Under the pieces are notes generated by a model. That model was not told where the DNA came from. It worked only from the letters and a program-made list of their open reading frames with translations, and did not search any database. DNA of 62,515 nt, counting the filler, from Rhabdomonas costata (taxonomy: Eukaryota): assembly GCA_019059605.1 (NCBI GenBank). It is 16 parts of 16 records of this genome, joined end to end, with 100 filler letters (N's around TTAATTAATTAA, not from the genome) between each part and the next. Parts side by side here need not be neighbours in the genome. Positions count along the whole stretch, not along the records: positions 50,951 to 54,740 come from JAHMHO010000517.1; positions 54,841 to 58,627 come from JAHMHO010000518.1; positions 58,728 to 62,515 come from JAHMHO010000519.1; 13 more parts are not named here. One strand, given 5' to 3'. Position 1 is the stretch's first letter; each line of letters starts with the position of its first letter. The position numbers and the translations under genes were made by a program. Shown here piece by piece: positions 50,951 to 62,515 of this stretch.

Positions 50951-52346
50951 GGGGGTGGTAAGGATAAGCTTTTAGTGTCGTCACCTTCGCCCTCAGTTTC
51001 AGGTGGGTTCAAGAGCTTCCCCTGACCAATTCGGAGATGACGGAGAAATATTTCACGAACCACGCTCATCACTTGGTGGCTCGTCCGTAGCGAGCACAGC
51101 AACAGCGCAAGCTCCTGACAGGCATGCAGCATTATTGCAAAAAGCGACGAACCGGAAGACGAAGGCTCGCTAATGACATGATCTTGCATCAGCACTAGGC
51201 GGAAGACTTCGCCGCGAGTGAGGGCCTGGAAGCGCTGAGCTTCAAGCTTCGCCAGCACATTCTCGCCCGCGCCGCACAGCATCATAGCAAGAACCGGGGT
51301 TGCAACTAGGTCTCGAAGCTCGGGAATAGCCCGCACTCGTCTCACCAGGGCCTCGCTTTTTTTCCGGCCCTCCTCAACAGCGATGAGCTCCACCTCCTCA
51401 TCATGTTTGTGGACAACCTCTCGGCGGGCATCCAACATAGATTTCAAGAAAACCACGCACCCTGCACAGGGGTTCTTCGCATGAGCAGCAAACCCAGCGG
51501 CAATCATCTCACTGCCCTCCGCCTCTTGGCGAGGCTTCAGTTTCTCCTTCGCCAGCTCAGGATCCGTCGAGCTCTCAAGGGCGGAAAAGCTGAGAGTTTT
51601 AATCGCAAGTGCCTCAAAGTCGCTCTCTGTGAAGGGCAACACCCAGTGCTCCGTGACTTCCACGTGAAGTCCGAGCATTTTATCAGGACTGGGGTTTGAC
51701 ACCGCGTCAGGGCGGGAGGTCACCACGACCTGACGGAGCGATTGCCCAACCAACTCACGAAACAGCTCCACTAGGCCACCACAATGATGCTCCACGGCAT
51801 CTCGTACCGAGGGCAGAACCTCATCCCAGGAATCCAGGACAAGAACCACGCTGCCTTTCTCCGCAATTGAGAAGTCGGCCTTGCTCACTCCCATCGAGAC
51901 CTCGAAGAACCTAGCAAGGGCCGTGGCGTCCGCCAGACCTTCGCCAATCATGGGGAGGGACACGAATATACCACAAACGCCTTTCTCGACATCCAGTAGC
52001 CTATGCTGCACGAGTAGCCCAGTACTTGTCTTCCCCATTCCCCCGGAGGACAGCACGAGATCCACGGGAACCTTTCCTTCTGCAACGGTGGCGTTGCCCA
52101 GTGCGCTAGCACAAAGCTTGTCAAGCAGCTCGTACGGCGGCTGCTGGTGCTCACGGTCGGGCGTGGCCTGAACGGGGATGTACTTTTGGTGCAGAGGACC
52201 GAACAGAAAATCCAGCTTGCGCTGCAGAAAGAGCTTCGAAGCTAGCCCGGGCTGGGTGGCAGCCGCTTGGGCGGCTCCGGGATCCTCCAAAAGCATCACT
52301 GAGCCCTGCACCCCCATCCCGAGCAGTGTCCAATTTCCCCTCTTCA
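50951..52346 (-). CDS. NACHT-type STAND NTPase domain protein (large internal exon)
   Basis: Walker A GGMGKTS, Walker B VLVLDSWDEV, sensor VVVTSRP and ATPVLAMMLC motif. TGCAG acceptor at 52347; open to the contig end. Confidence 0.82.
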
Positions 52347-55300
52347 CTGCACAGAGCTCCTTCAAATCAAACAAAGAAAACATTATATGTAGAAAAGGTA
52401 GCAGATAACAGGAAAGAAAACCGGAACTTGCATGAAGGAACACGCAGTTTCGAAAACCAAATGTAAAATAAATCCAAAAGCGTAAAACCTGAAAACAGGA
52501 ACAATAAGCAAAAAACACACAGCGGTTTTCTTAGGTTCATTGTTCACCGGTGAAAGGGACGATATGACATTGGAACTGTGTTGTGGGCCTTCCTGTCTGT
52601 GACCCCCTGGCTCACACTCAGGAGAGGAGAACGTTCAGGATGGCCTGAAGATGATCCGCGGTATCGTCGGCCTGCAGACGGAGCGGTTTGGCCTGGTCCA
52701 CCCTGCCACGGGAAGGGCAGAGCTCATTCTGGGTGCCTCTGCGTGGAGCACTCCCCTTGTCTGCATTTTTGTGTTCATCATACTGCGCTCCTCCCTTCAC
52801 GTTTACTGGATGTGTGGTGGTGGGTAACCTGCTTGTTTGGTTCTTGACTCGGTGGTTTCTTCCTGTCCGTGCCGTGGATAAAGCTGGGATTATGATGGGA
52901 TGGTGTCGCACAGCATAAGAGCTGCTTGTATGGGCAACAATCTTGTTGAAGAAGTTCTGTTCTCTTCCACCTGAGATTGCATTCATTCTCCTCACTCGTA
53001 TTGCATTCAATCATCGCCATTCACCCACTCAGCTCTGTACTTCCGGTGGATCGATGACAACGAGCACGCTCAGGAGTGCCTGGAGCGCGCCCTGGAGATC
53101 CACAAGGTTTCTCTCCGGCTGCGATGAGCTTTGAAAGGAAACTCTCTGGGGGCTTTGTATATGCAGATTCGATGGGATTGATAGGGGTGGTATAATGTGG
53201 ATCTCCAATGATCTTTCCACACTTTCCACACTGTATTGTTCGCGAAACGCAGCCTTGCACACTTCATTTCCCTTTTTAGCCACCAGTATTTGCCCCATTG
53301 CTTCCCATCATTGTCCTTCAGAGGGTTTATGGGCCTCAGCACCAGACTACGTCGCGAATTCGCGCATACGCCGCGGACTTTGGGCTCACTCTCCCTGCGG
53401 ACACCTCCCACGTTCTGGACGCTTTGGAGAAGGTCAGAGGGGGACCTTTGTGTTTGTTTGAACAGCGCTTGAACATACCTCGAAGGTAGTGAGAGTCTCA
53501 GGTTATATCCAAACACTTAACGAAAAAGCGAGCATTTGCACAACATTTACACACATCCAGCGTACCCACAAATATCTGCTGCACCCCATCCAATGAAGAA
53601 ATGAAATGTGCCTACTTTGCTTCGAATGTGTATCGCAGGCCATGCGGCCCACCACTGTAGAGGGGGCTACTCCCCTTTCCGCGGAGGCTACCGCGGCTGC
53701 CGAGGCAGCGGCCATCACCTCTTCCGTTCCTGATCCCGCGGTGCAGGGCTTGCAAATCACACCAGAACAGTAACGATATCAGCGCCACTGAGCATGGTTG
53801 TACAGTGATGTATACAATCGCGGCATGTGTGGCACAACTGTTTGTGCATGTGGACTCGTGTTGCATGTGGACGTGTGCTGAAACAGTGGAAGCAGCACTC
53901 TCAGCTGATTGTCCAGTGTTTGCCGTCCATGGGAATCTGGGTACGGAAAAAAGACAGCAGACCTGCGCCATGGGCGCTGATGGTTTGCATCGCCCCCCTA
54001 ACTCATACGAAAATTTTTGCTGGATGCATCCACGAACGTTTCGGCGGTTTGTTTCGTCCTCTGACATTTAAAGTCACGGGGTCAGGGCCAGGGCCACAAA
54101 CGGCAATTTTAGGCTTTTTTGTGGACACAAGAACATGCGATGAAATGGTGGAAGGCAACCACCCAGAGAAGGAGAGCAGGGATGAAAGGAAAGCCCCTTA
54201 CCAAAGAAGCGCGCAGCCTGTTCTTGTGCTCGTACACCGAGTGTCCCGTAGCACTGTTGTCAAGTTGACGTGGGGCGTCGGCGGAGACCGTTCCTCCCCC
54301 TGCCCCTCTCGGAGCATCGTTGCTATCCCTGGCTTCCTCGCTCTTTTTTTTTTTGCGCGCCTTTTATAGATTTGTCTGGATTTGTCTGATTCTTCCCCAA
54401 AATGGACCATGACGATGATCAGGAGCTGCCCTGTCCTCCTGTACTGCGGATTCCCACCTTTGCCTTCGGGTACTGTGCGATGCCGCCTACTTTCTTCTCC
54501 CCACGGGGGGAGACTCCCTCCCCTGCCCAACTTGCCTTTGACCGGGTCGTCTCTCATGACAGCACGTGGTACGCGAACATTGGGGCCCTTTCTTGCAGAG
54601 ATCCTCCTCTGACTGCCTCTTCCCAAAAAAACTCATCAGCAGGCAGCAGCAGCAGCAGCAGCGCAGCTCTCCAGAGCCCCTTGGATTTCATCAGTGTCTC
54701 CAATGGGGCAGCGGAGCACCAGCCGAGCCTCACCCACAACNNNNNNNNNNNNNNNNNNNNNNNNNNNNNNNNNNNNNNNNNNNNTTAATTAATTAANNNN
54801 NNNNNNNNNNNNNNNNNNNNNNNNNNNNNNNNNNNNNNNNGTTGTTGGGTGGGCAAGCGCAACGGACTACCGCCACGGCCGCTTTGCCGTGCAGAAGGTC
54901 TTCGGGGACCAGCCCGTGGCGTGAGGCCCGCCTGTCGTAGCGTGCATGTATTGCCCCACGACAGGGAAGTTTCCAATAGGCAAGAAGGTTGGGTTCCAAC
55001 ATGGCCGTGACTATTTGGCTGTTTTTATGGTGCCCTGACCTCCTCTTTCTCATTTGCACTCGTGGGTTTGAGCCAATGTGGGCCCTGCTTCAGGGTTCAG
55101 CAATGGTTTCGGTGCGGAGAGCAGGCTGTTTCTGTCACGGGTTCCGCTTTGCGTGCATTTCGGCAACTCTTTCGCGCGCTGAGAAGAGCAAGTTTTGGAT
55201 AAGGTCCGCGACACGAAACGATGCAAAATCAAAAGAGAGAGTAGAGTCTGATTTAACAGAACCCTGCTTCAGGGAAGACTGTTGTCTGCCTTTGCTGTCT

Positions 55301-55813
55301 TGCAGTAAAGCAGGATGTGCTCACATCTCGGCATGTATGAGATGGCAGATGGCATCTGTTTGTCTGCACGCCAGTTTTACATGGACAACAGCTTGAGTGC
55401 CCGAAAACCTTTATTTTTCCATCGGACTAACTTCAGTTTCTTCCAGCAAAGGACCGGAGTATCCAGAGGAAACAGAAGCAAGAGGGATGGCTTCAGAGAA
55501 TCATGAGACAGGATTCATGAATCATGGGTGGAAGGACCTCCAGCTCAATGCGATGTAGCGCAGAGAGAGACCCAGATGGTTTCATCTGAGACGAATGAGG
55601 CGAGTGGCCCACATTTTGTGTCGCAGCTACCTCGGTCCTGTAGTGCCGGGGAACGCTGCAATCCGGAAACCGGTTTAAGCTCCTGCATCACCCACAGTCC
55701 ATTTGAAGACATGTGCTTGCTCAGCTCCTCTCATCCTGCGGTAACATGATTTTAGCCCGTTCTTCATTATGTTTTGTTTGTGTTGACGGGAAGATTTCTC
55801 GCAGCCTGTTCTG

Positions 55814-57672
55814 ATGGCGCAGCTTATTGACGCTGCGTCGAGAGGTGATACTAGGTTTATTCAGCAGTTTCTAGTGGCTAGGCCTGACATGCTCGATGCC
55901 GTGGCTACGACTAACTTAAGCCCAGGAGGTGTGGTTGTGGGCGGCAGTGCCCTTACCTGGGCCGCCCGTTGGGGCCACCCTGACGCGGTGCGGCTGCTTC
56001 TGCAAAAGAAGGCGGATGTGGAGCTCCAGGACGTTTTTGGGCGCACGCCACTCCGACACGCTGCAACGATGGGCCATGTTCCTGTGGTGCGACTGCTCCT
56101 TGAAGCGGGTTGTGACCCCAACAATGCCGATCAGAAAGGGTGGTGCGTGCTTGCGAAGTGTGTGGCGAAAGGCCAGGTAGGCTGCATGAGAGCCCTGCTA
56201 AGCTGCGAGAGGACCAGTGCGGAGAGCGTATCCGCGGCGTTGGCTGTGGCGAAGAGGTCCGGCCGCCAGGACATGGTCCGAGAGCTGGAGCGTTGCCAGA
56301 GAAGCTTGCTGGCGTCTTCGCAAGATGCAAAACCATTGCCATCTGCTGGTGTCAACCCCACCAGGGAAACTGGACGACGTCGTTCCACTTCAATTCGCAG
56401 CGGAGGTTTGGCAGGAGCGGATCTTCAGCGCTGCGGTAGTGAAAGCGCTGGGCTGCCGAGTAGTCGTGCTGGGCAAGAGAAGGTGTTGGTGCTTGGCAAG
56501 GGAGCCAATAATGGGACCAGTGTGACGAGCGTTCCGGGGAACCCTGCACTTGCCATCAAGCGATTTGTACCCTCGTCGGAGATGGAGGTGCTTGGGCTTG
56601 TCCTCGAACTTCAGCAGCTTCACGATACTGGTGGCGCCTGTTGTGTAGTTCGCGTTCACGAGCTGCGCAGTGAGGTCGCCGAAGCGGTGTTTGAAAGAAT
56701 GGACTGGGATTTGCAGAAGGGGCTGGTTTCCTGTCCGGCTAGCAGCTTTGAGCTGGGGTTTGTGGTTTTGTCCAGCCTGGAAAACGTGGCTTTTTGCAAT
56801 CCAGACTCTAGAACGCTAAAATGATATTCGTGTCACCTGATGCAATCACTTTTCAACTTGGCACTTATCAACTTTTCATTCAGATTAAGTACTGGACTGT
56901 CATAACATCGCTTTTCGAGACCATGCTTCTTCTGCAATAACCCGTTGATATGCCGCATTTTTTTGACTGGTGGTGAATGCCTTCAAGGCGCGAAACGAAT
57001 CAACAGATCATAAAGATCAACAGGATAGATCAACAAGATCATAAATTTTGGTTAGCGAGGCCAACAATATTCATGAAAGCCACGATATTCTCGCTGGAAT
57101 CGCCAAACCCGAACGTCCGCTTTGGTGCCGGCACCCGGCGCCGGATCCTCCGCCAACTGCTGTCTGCCTTGGCCTTTCTACATGACACCGCTGGACTGAT
57201 CCACCGGGATGTCAAACCGGCCAACATTCTTGCCGACAAGCCCCTGCGCACGGTGCGGCTGTGTGACCTGGGCTCCGCCGTGAGGGGTCCTTCGCACTCG
57301 CGTCCAGCAGGGACTGTGTGGTACCGTGCTCCAGAGATGCTTTCTCGTCAGCCCTTCGGGTACTCCGCTGACGTTTGGGCTGCGGGATGTGTACACGGGG
57401 AACTTCTGGTCCGGGCGCCGGTGTTTCCCGGGCATGATGTCGCAATGACTCAACACATGATTGAGGATGCGTTGGGAGAGCCGCGAGGCTCCACGCGAAC
57501 GCGAGGTCGGGGCCCATGCCAGCTAGCGTCCCGGGCGTTGGAGGTGGCATCTAATACGGAGCACGAGGTGGAGCTGCTGAGGCAAATGCTGTGTGTGGAC
57601 TCACAGCGTAGCCGAGCCTCGGAGCTGCTCTCCTATTCCTTCTTTCATCGTGATGTAGTGCCGTTAAGCTGA
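55814..57672 (+). CDS. Ankyrin-repeat + Ser/Thr protein kinase, two exons
   Basis: Ankyrin repeats (SALTWAARWGH, GRTPLRHAATMGH). Kinase motifs LGKG, AIK, IHRDVKPANIL, DLG, GTVWYRAPE and ADVWAAGC. N- and C-lobes are separated by one intron. Confidence 0.92.
56770..57101 (+). other. Candidate euglenid-type intermediate/non-conventional intron (GT...TC) with terminal inverted repeats
   Basis: 5' G-TCCAGC-N8-CGTGGCTTT pairs with 3' AAAGCCACG-N8-GCTGGA-ATC. CAG at +4..+6 and CTG at -8..-6. Excision gives in-frame TT|G joining the two kinase ORFs. No pyrimidine-rich AG acceptor nearby. Confidence 0.68.
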
Positions 57673-57980
57673 CCGTCCGTTTCACTGCTGCTGGGCATTG
57701 GCTATGTAGTATGATTTGTTTGGTCAGGTTTTTTTTCGCTTTTTTGCGACAATAGGCGATGTTTGTGGCAATTCCGGCATGAATTGGTTCGATTACGTTG
57801 TGGGCTGACCAGCACATGAGATTTATGCCAAAGCCGATTGCCTGCATGCCTGCCCAAACCCAAAGCGAGCTTAACTTGATGAAGGTGTTGAAATATTTGC
57901 GGGGTGCAATGCGTGAGTTTTACCGAACGCTTTGTTCTTACTGTTTCTTGTGATTTATATCAGCTTTAGCCCACAAAATA

Positions 57981-58110
57981 ATGTTGCTATGGCTGATCAC
58001 GGTGGTCTTGGCAATCTTTGGGGGCCTCAGCCTGGCGACCTATCTTATCCCCGTCCTTCTTCAGCTTCTGAATAAGGAGCAGAACCTTAAGGAGAAGTAC
58101 GGCAGCTGGG
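57981..58110 (+). CDS. First exon of an SDR-family very-long-chain 3-oxoacyl-CoA reductase (KCR/HSD17B12-like)
   Basis: N-terminal TM followed by QNLKEKYGSW and a GT donor, matching the pattern that precedes the TGxxxGIG motif. The rest was not found in the contig. Confidence 0.6.
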
Positions 58111-59316
58111 GTATCGTTGGGCTGTTGGGCTGTTTCGGATTTGTTTGTTTTATGATACCACAGGTAATCGTTTCCATTATCTCCACCCCATTCCCTCCCA
58201 CCAAGATTAGAGGCACTTGATTTACGAGAAAATTTGGGATCCCTGGCAATGGAGTAAAAATGAATTAGAAAATATGCCCGGCATAGTCGCAACTGGATTC
58301 TTGAGACCCAAGGAGCGTTTTTTCCTTACTACTAGCCAGTCTTCGGAGTACAGTTGACATTTCCAGGCGTTTTGGTTTTCTCGAGAGTGTGCCCCCTTGT
58401 GCGTAAGCCTCATTTTCTCCTTCCAGCACCGGAGAACCCATACGGCTGAAAATCTGAGGATGTGGGCCAGCATTTTTAACGGCAATCGTTGGGTGTGCGA
58501 CGGGGGGGGGCTTCGCTTGTCGAACACTGATGTGGGGGTTGCCCTGATTCCGATGCTGGTGTGGTTCTTTCGCACAAGGGGGCACACTCTCGAGAAAACC
58601 AAAACGCCTGGAAATGTCAACCCAACCNNNNNNNNNNNNNNNNNNNNNNNNNNNNNNNNNNNNNNNNNNNNTTAATTAATTAANNNNNNNNNNNNNNNNN
58701 NNNNNNNNNNNNNNNNNNNNNNNNNNNGGGTGGGGGGGGGACGAGCTAAATTGCTGCACGTCGGGTGCGTGCGATGTCAAGCTGGAATTGGAAAGCTCGC
58801 GACGCTCCTGTTATAGGCACAATCAAGTGTGCAAGTCAAGGGCTACTTGACTTGCAGAAGCTTGTGGAAGTGTACCACGTTCAAAGAAATACTTCGCTGC
58901 CTATCCTGAACGACACATGTCTAGTGCTCCTGGTAGTCCACTCTCTTCTATGCGGAACCTTTGTGTTCTCAGTCACATGGTGTCCCCAATGTATGACATC
59001 GAAGCCCACTTGCACTTTTTGTTCATATGCACCTCAGCGCCACAGAGTTCGACATGCTCCGAAAGCATTCGAAGAATTTCTCTTTCTACAGTTCTTGGCT
59101 TTATGGAAATGCACCAAGCGTTAGGGATCACCGGGATACCAAATCTTTACCCTATTCCGATATGGGACGCACATACGCGGATTATGGACCTTGCAGATCT
59201 GCGCACTGAGCCCGAGATTGGCAGCTTAGCATACCAAGAGGTAGAGTACTTCAAGCTGGACCGGAAAGCTTCGGCGAGACTTTGCAAGGGCCCCACCAAA
59301 AACAAGAAATGCGCAC

Positions 59317-61513
59317 CTGCTCGGAGTCGGGGTTGGCGCTGAAGGCCTCACCAAGAATCGCGCGAGCAGCAGCGATGTCGTTCTGCAGCCACTTCTCCTT
59401 AGCGGCCATGAGCCACAATATTTCCGCCTGCGAGAGAAAAGCGAGCGAAATGCTTGGACCTCGCTCGAAAGCCACCAATTCTGATGTACTCACGAATCAA
59501 AAGGAAAGTATGGAATGCCTGATTGTTAAAAAAAACTCACACGCGGTAGGCGCACAGGTACCTGAGGACAGTACTTCACAGCGCGCTTCAGCAGCTGGTC
59601 TAAGGTCTCGTGGCTGCCGTGTGCCTTCTCCAGCTGCGCCGCCCGTAACCACACTCCCTTCTTCGCGGGAAACTCTGAAAGCGATGCAGAGAAGAAACCA
59701 AAAAGGAGAGAAGAGACCTTTGCACAAGTGCATAGTACCATATTCAAACCCTAACACTACCTCAATTTTCGGTGTTAGTGCTCTTAAAAAAGAACTGTAT
59801 AAAGATTCCCATATCGTGTTGTTCACAGAAACCTGATGCTTAGTGGCGCAGTGCGAATGCGACTATTACCAATATAAATGACAGCCAAAGAAACATGAAA
59901 TGAAGTAGGACAATGGTGAAACCGCACATCAGGTGCACCTTCTACTCGTACTATTTCACCCTGGACGTAGCTACAACCCATAGCCGACCCATCTCTTGAT
60001 CCCCATAAGCATCCTCTATACACACCGGTGAGAGCGTGGGCATAGATGGCACGAGCCGTCGCAACGGACCCCGCGGCCAGAGCTCTCTCGGCGTCGGCGA
60101 TCCATGTGTGCTTGCGGTCTGCTTCATCCAGGTCCAATCCCACTGCACACCGCACAATGGCCTGCGTGCCGAGTTGTTAAAAAGAAATGGCGCAAATGAG
60201 AACCCACAACGCATACGCACCTGAGCCCTGCACATTCCTCTCTCCAGGACGGATCTCGGTCAAGAAGCTCTCACAGCTCATCTCGCATTCGACACGGACA
60301 CGAACACGCGCGGTGGGCGCGACGTACTTACCTGGCATGTTCCCAAGTGCCCGGCCTTTTCCGCGACTTCGGCATAGGACAGCCATTGCTCGCGGGTGGT
60401 CTGCACCACAGAGATCGTCTTCACAGCCTTGCGAATAATGTTCTCCATCACGGTCGGGTGCTCGTTGGCCTCTTCCAGCTCTGCCGCGACGATCCAGATC
60501 AGCGGCTCCGTGGGGTTGGCTTCGCGAGCTTTGTTGAGCACCGCCTAGCACACCGAAACCCCACACCCCGCAAAATCGAGGCGCCACGCACAACGGCTCA
60601 ACTGCGCGATTCTACCCATACGCCGATTCTACCCAGATGCGCTGGGATTGGTTAGGGTGAGCAGATGGTCACCTTGGCGTTTTCGTAGGTCTCCAGGCGA
60701 GCCAGGGCCAGCCACAGGTCAACGTTGTTGACGCACTCCACGGCACGCCCCAGCAGCACCCGCGCGTCCTCTGGGGTCTCGAGCTCAATTAGCTCCTTCC
60801 ACAGCCTCACCGAGTTGGGGATCATTTCCAGCGCCTGCCAATTCCAAATGAGAACGAGGAGAAGAGAATACGAACCAGGCACGGCATGCTTGTCAGCTAT
60901 TGAAATCAGGCAAAACATTGCCCTCCCAAAAATGTTAATCCCGAATAAACGGAACCACTTGCCGTTGCTCCAAACAGAGCTCTTTGTTTTGCAATTATCG
61001 ATGGTCTGGTCGTGATGTACGCATCCAAAAAATAAACCAGCGAAAGAAATTGCAGTCACACACTCTCGGCATCCGTGGGGACCAGTTATGTCTCCCCCTC
61101 CCCAAAAAGGTCACAGACTCGGTCGAAAGACCCCCAACATTTCAAAAGTAAGCGCGTGGGTAAGCGAAGAAACCTTGCGAAGGACAGCCTTCTTTTTCGA
61201 GTCCTCGTTCTCAAGCTGAGCGGCCTGAGTGAGTGTGTAAACGAGGGTCTGGGTCTGAGTGATCTGGAACCCTACTCTACTCGACTAATATACTGCTCCT
61301 GTCATGAAGCGGATAATAGGATTTTAGTGGATAGGATTTTATATGCCTGAATGAAGAGCTTCACGCTGTGCGGGATCTTCTCAACAGCCTTGGCCAGCAC
61401 TAGCTTGGCATTCTGCGGGGTCTGCAGACGGATGGCCTCCAGCCACACGTCCTCGCTGGTAGGGCACGCCTCGGTGCCATCCGCGATAATCTTGCGGGCG
61501 GCTGCAACCCGGC
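59317..61513 (-). CDS. PRP6: Pre-mRNA splicing factor PRP6 (U5-102K), internal exons
   Basis: Seven in-frame exons: 61513-61347, 61224-61174, 60834-60673, 60544-60332, 60161-60026, 59674-59562 and 59427-59317. HAT repeats [34 protein letters not shown] and [13 protein letters not shown]. Confidence 0.96.
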
Positions 61514-62515
61514 CTGCATCCCAGAGGAAGCCAGAAAGGAAAAGAGACGCCACTTCGTGGGAGGAGAGATAGCACCCTCCACTGGTATGTTGCTGTGTTT
61601 AGTGGTGGGTGGTTGAAAACAACTCTGATGGGGACAAAGAGAGCAAGAGCAGCAAGAAAGAGAGCGAACAGAGCGAGAAACCCACCAGGGTGTCGCTGTG
61701 GACCCAGTCCCCAAGGATCGGCAAGCATGGGAACCACGAGCCTGCCCACCTATGGCTCAACCCGTCACACCAGCCCACTTTTCGAGATGAAGGAGGTGCT
61801 GCGCAACATCCCCTCAGTTGAAGTTACTCCCCCTTTTGCTGGAGCCAGCTCCCCCAATCAGCCAACACCAACGCCCACTGCCACATTCCTGAGCATTGCG
61901 TGGGAAACGCTCATGACGGCTCACGCCTGAAACCGCGGTTTCCACCAAGTGGGCCCCAGAGGACTCCACCTCCAGGGCGCGCGAGCACCAGCCCACGTCC
62001 ACCTCAGCGAGATCCCCTCCACGCAGCTACGCCGACGCCGTGCTCCGTAGCCCATACCAACCACCACCGCGCAATTCTCGTGGCGCCATCCGGACCCCGT
62101 GTGTGTGGATGGGTACGGCGCACACTCATTACAATTCCCGTAGTGATGTCCAGCACAGTAAACGCGCCAAAAAAACCAACAGGTGTGCAGAACAATCAGC
62201 ACAAGGACACGCCACAGCACACCAAGCCAAGGTTCCCTGTGAGTGTCATTGATTCAGCCTGATTTATCCTGAAACCGAGTTGCTGAATTTGATTGCTAAC
62301 CCAAATGGTCTTATTATCCCGGAGAACCTATCATCATTGCTTTGCCGGTCTCCATAAGCCTTTGTAATAGTTTAATTGCATTAATGCAAGATTTCATATA
62401 CTGCGTAGTTGTATAGTGCTACCTCTCATTTTGTCGCAGCAACACTTATTTGAATGCCAATATGAAAATAAAGATCGTTTGTGGTTTTTATTATAACACA
62501 CCTGTTTGGAACTAT

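Noticed and set aside
47062-52346. Ligase next to NACHT NTPase as a defence operon or as evidence of viral integration
   Set aside because: They are separated by an artificial spacer, and contigs are ordered by length rather than linkage.
3944-58683. Regularly spaced TTAATTAATTAA palindromes as a repeat array or CRISPR
   Set aside because: They are always embedded in N runs and are artificial six-frame-stop linkers.
16529-61513. Cluster of splicing genes (ESS2, SR-like protein, PRP6)
   Set aside because: They lie on different unlinked contigs, so co-occurrence is chance.

Overview
This is not a contiguous locus. It is a pseudo-scaffold of 16 unrelated ~3.8 kb contigs joined by artificial 100-nt spacers (44 N + TTAATTAATTAA + 44 N). 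Several contig ends carry G/T-only primer remnants, suggesting a whole-genome-amplified, probably single-cell, library. Fifteen contigs come from an intron-rich protist with GC-rich exons. Recognisable partial genes are PRP6, ESS2/DGCR14, a membrane histidine kinase, an EF-hand protein, an SR-rich protein, a CBS-domain protein, a NACHT NTPase, an ankyrin-kinase, a Cys-loop ion channel and a protein with tandem degenerate eIF4E-like domains. Most introns are GT-AG and at least two are GC-AG. Two others fit the euglenid non-conventional stem-loop type (CAG at +4..+6 pairing with CTG at -8..-6), which points to a euglenid host. One contig (47062-50850) is intron-less and extremely AT-rich. It carries an NAD+-dependent DNA ligase, two AAAATTGA motifs and a perfect post-stop hairpin, so it looks like a Mimiviridae-like giant virus fragment recovered together with this protist. 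All calls rest on manual reading and motif recognition; no searches were run.
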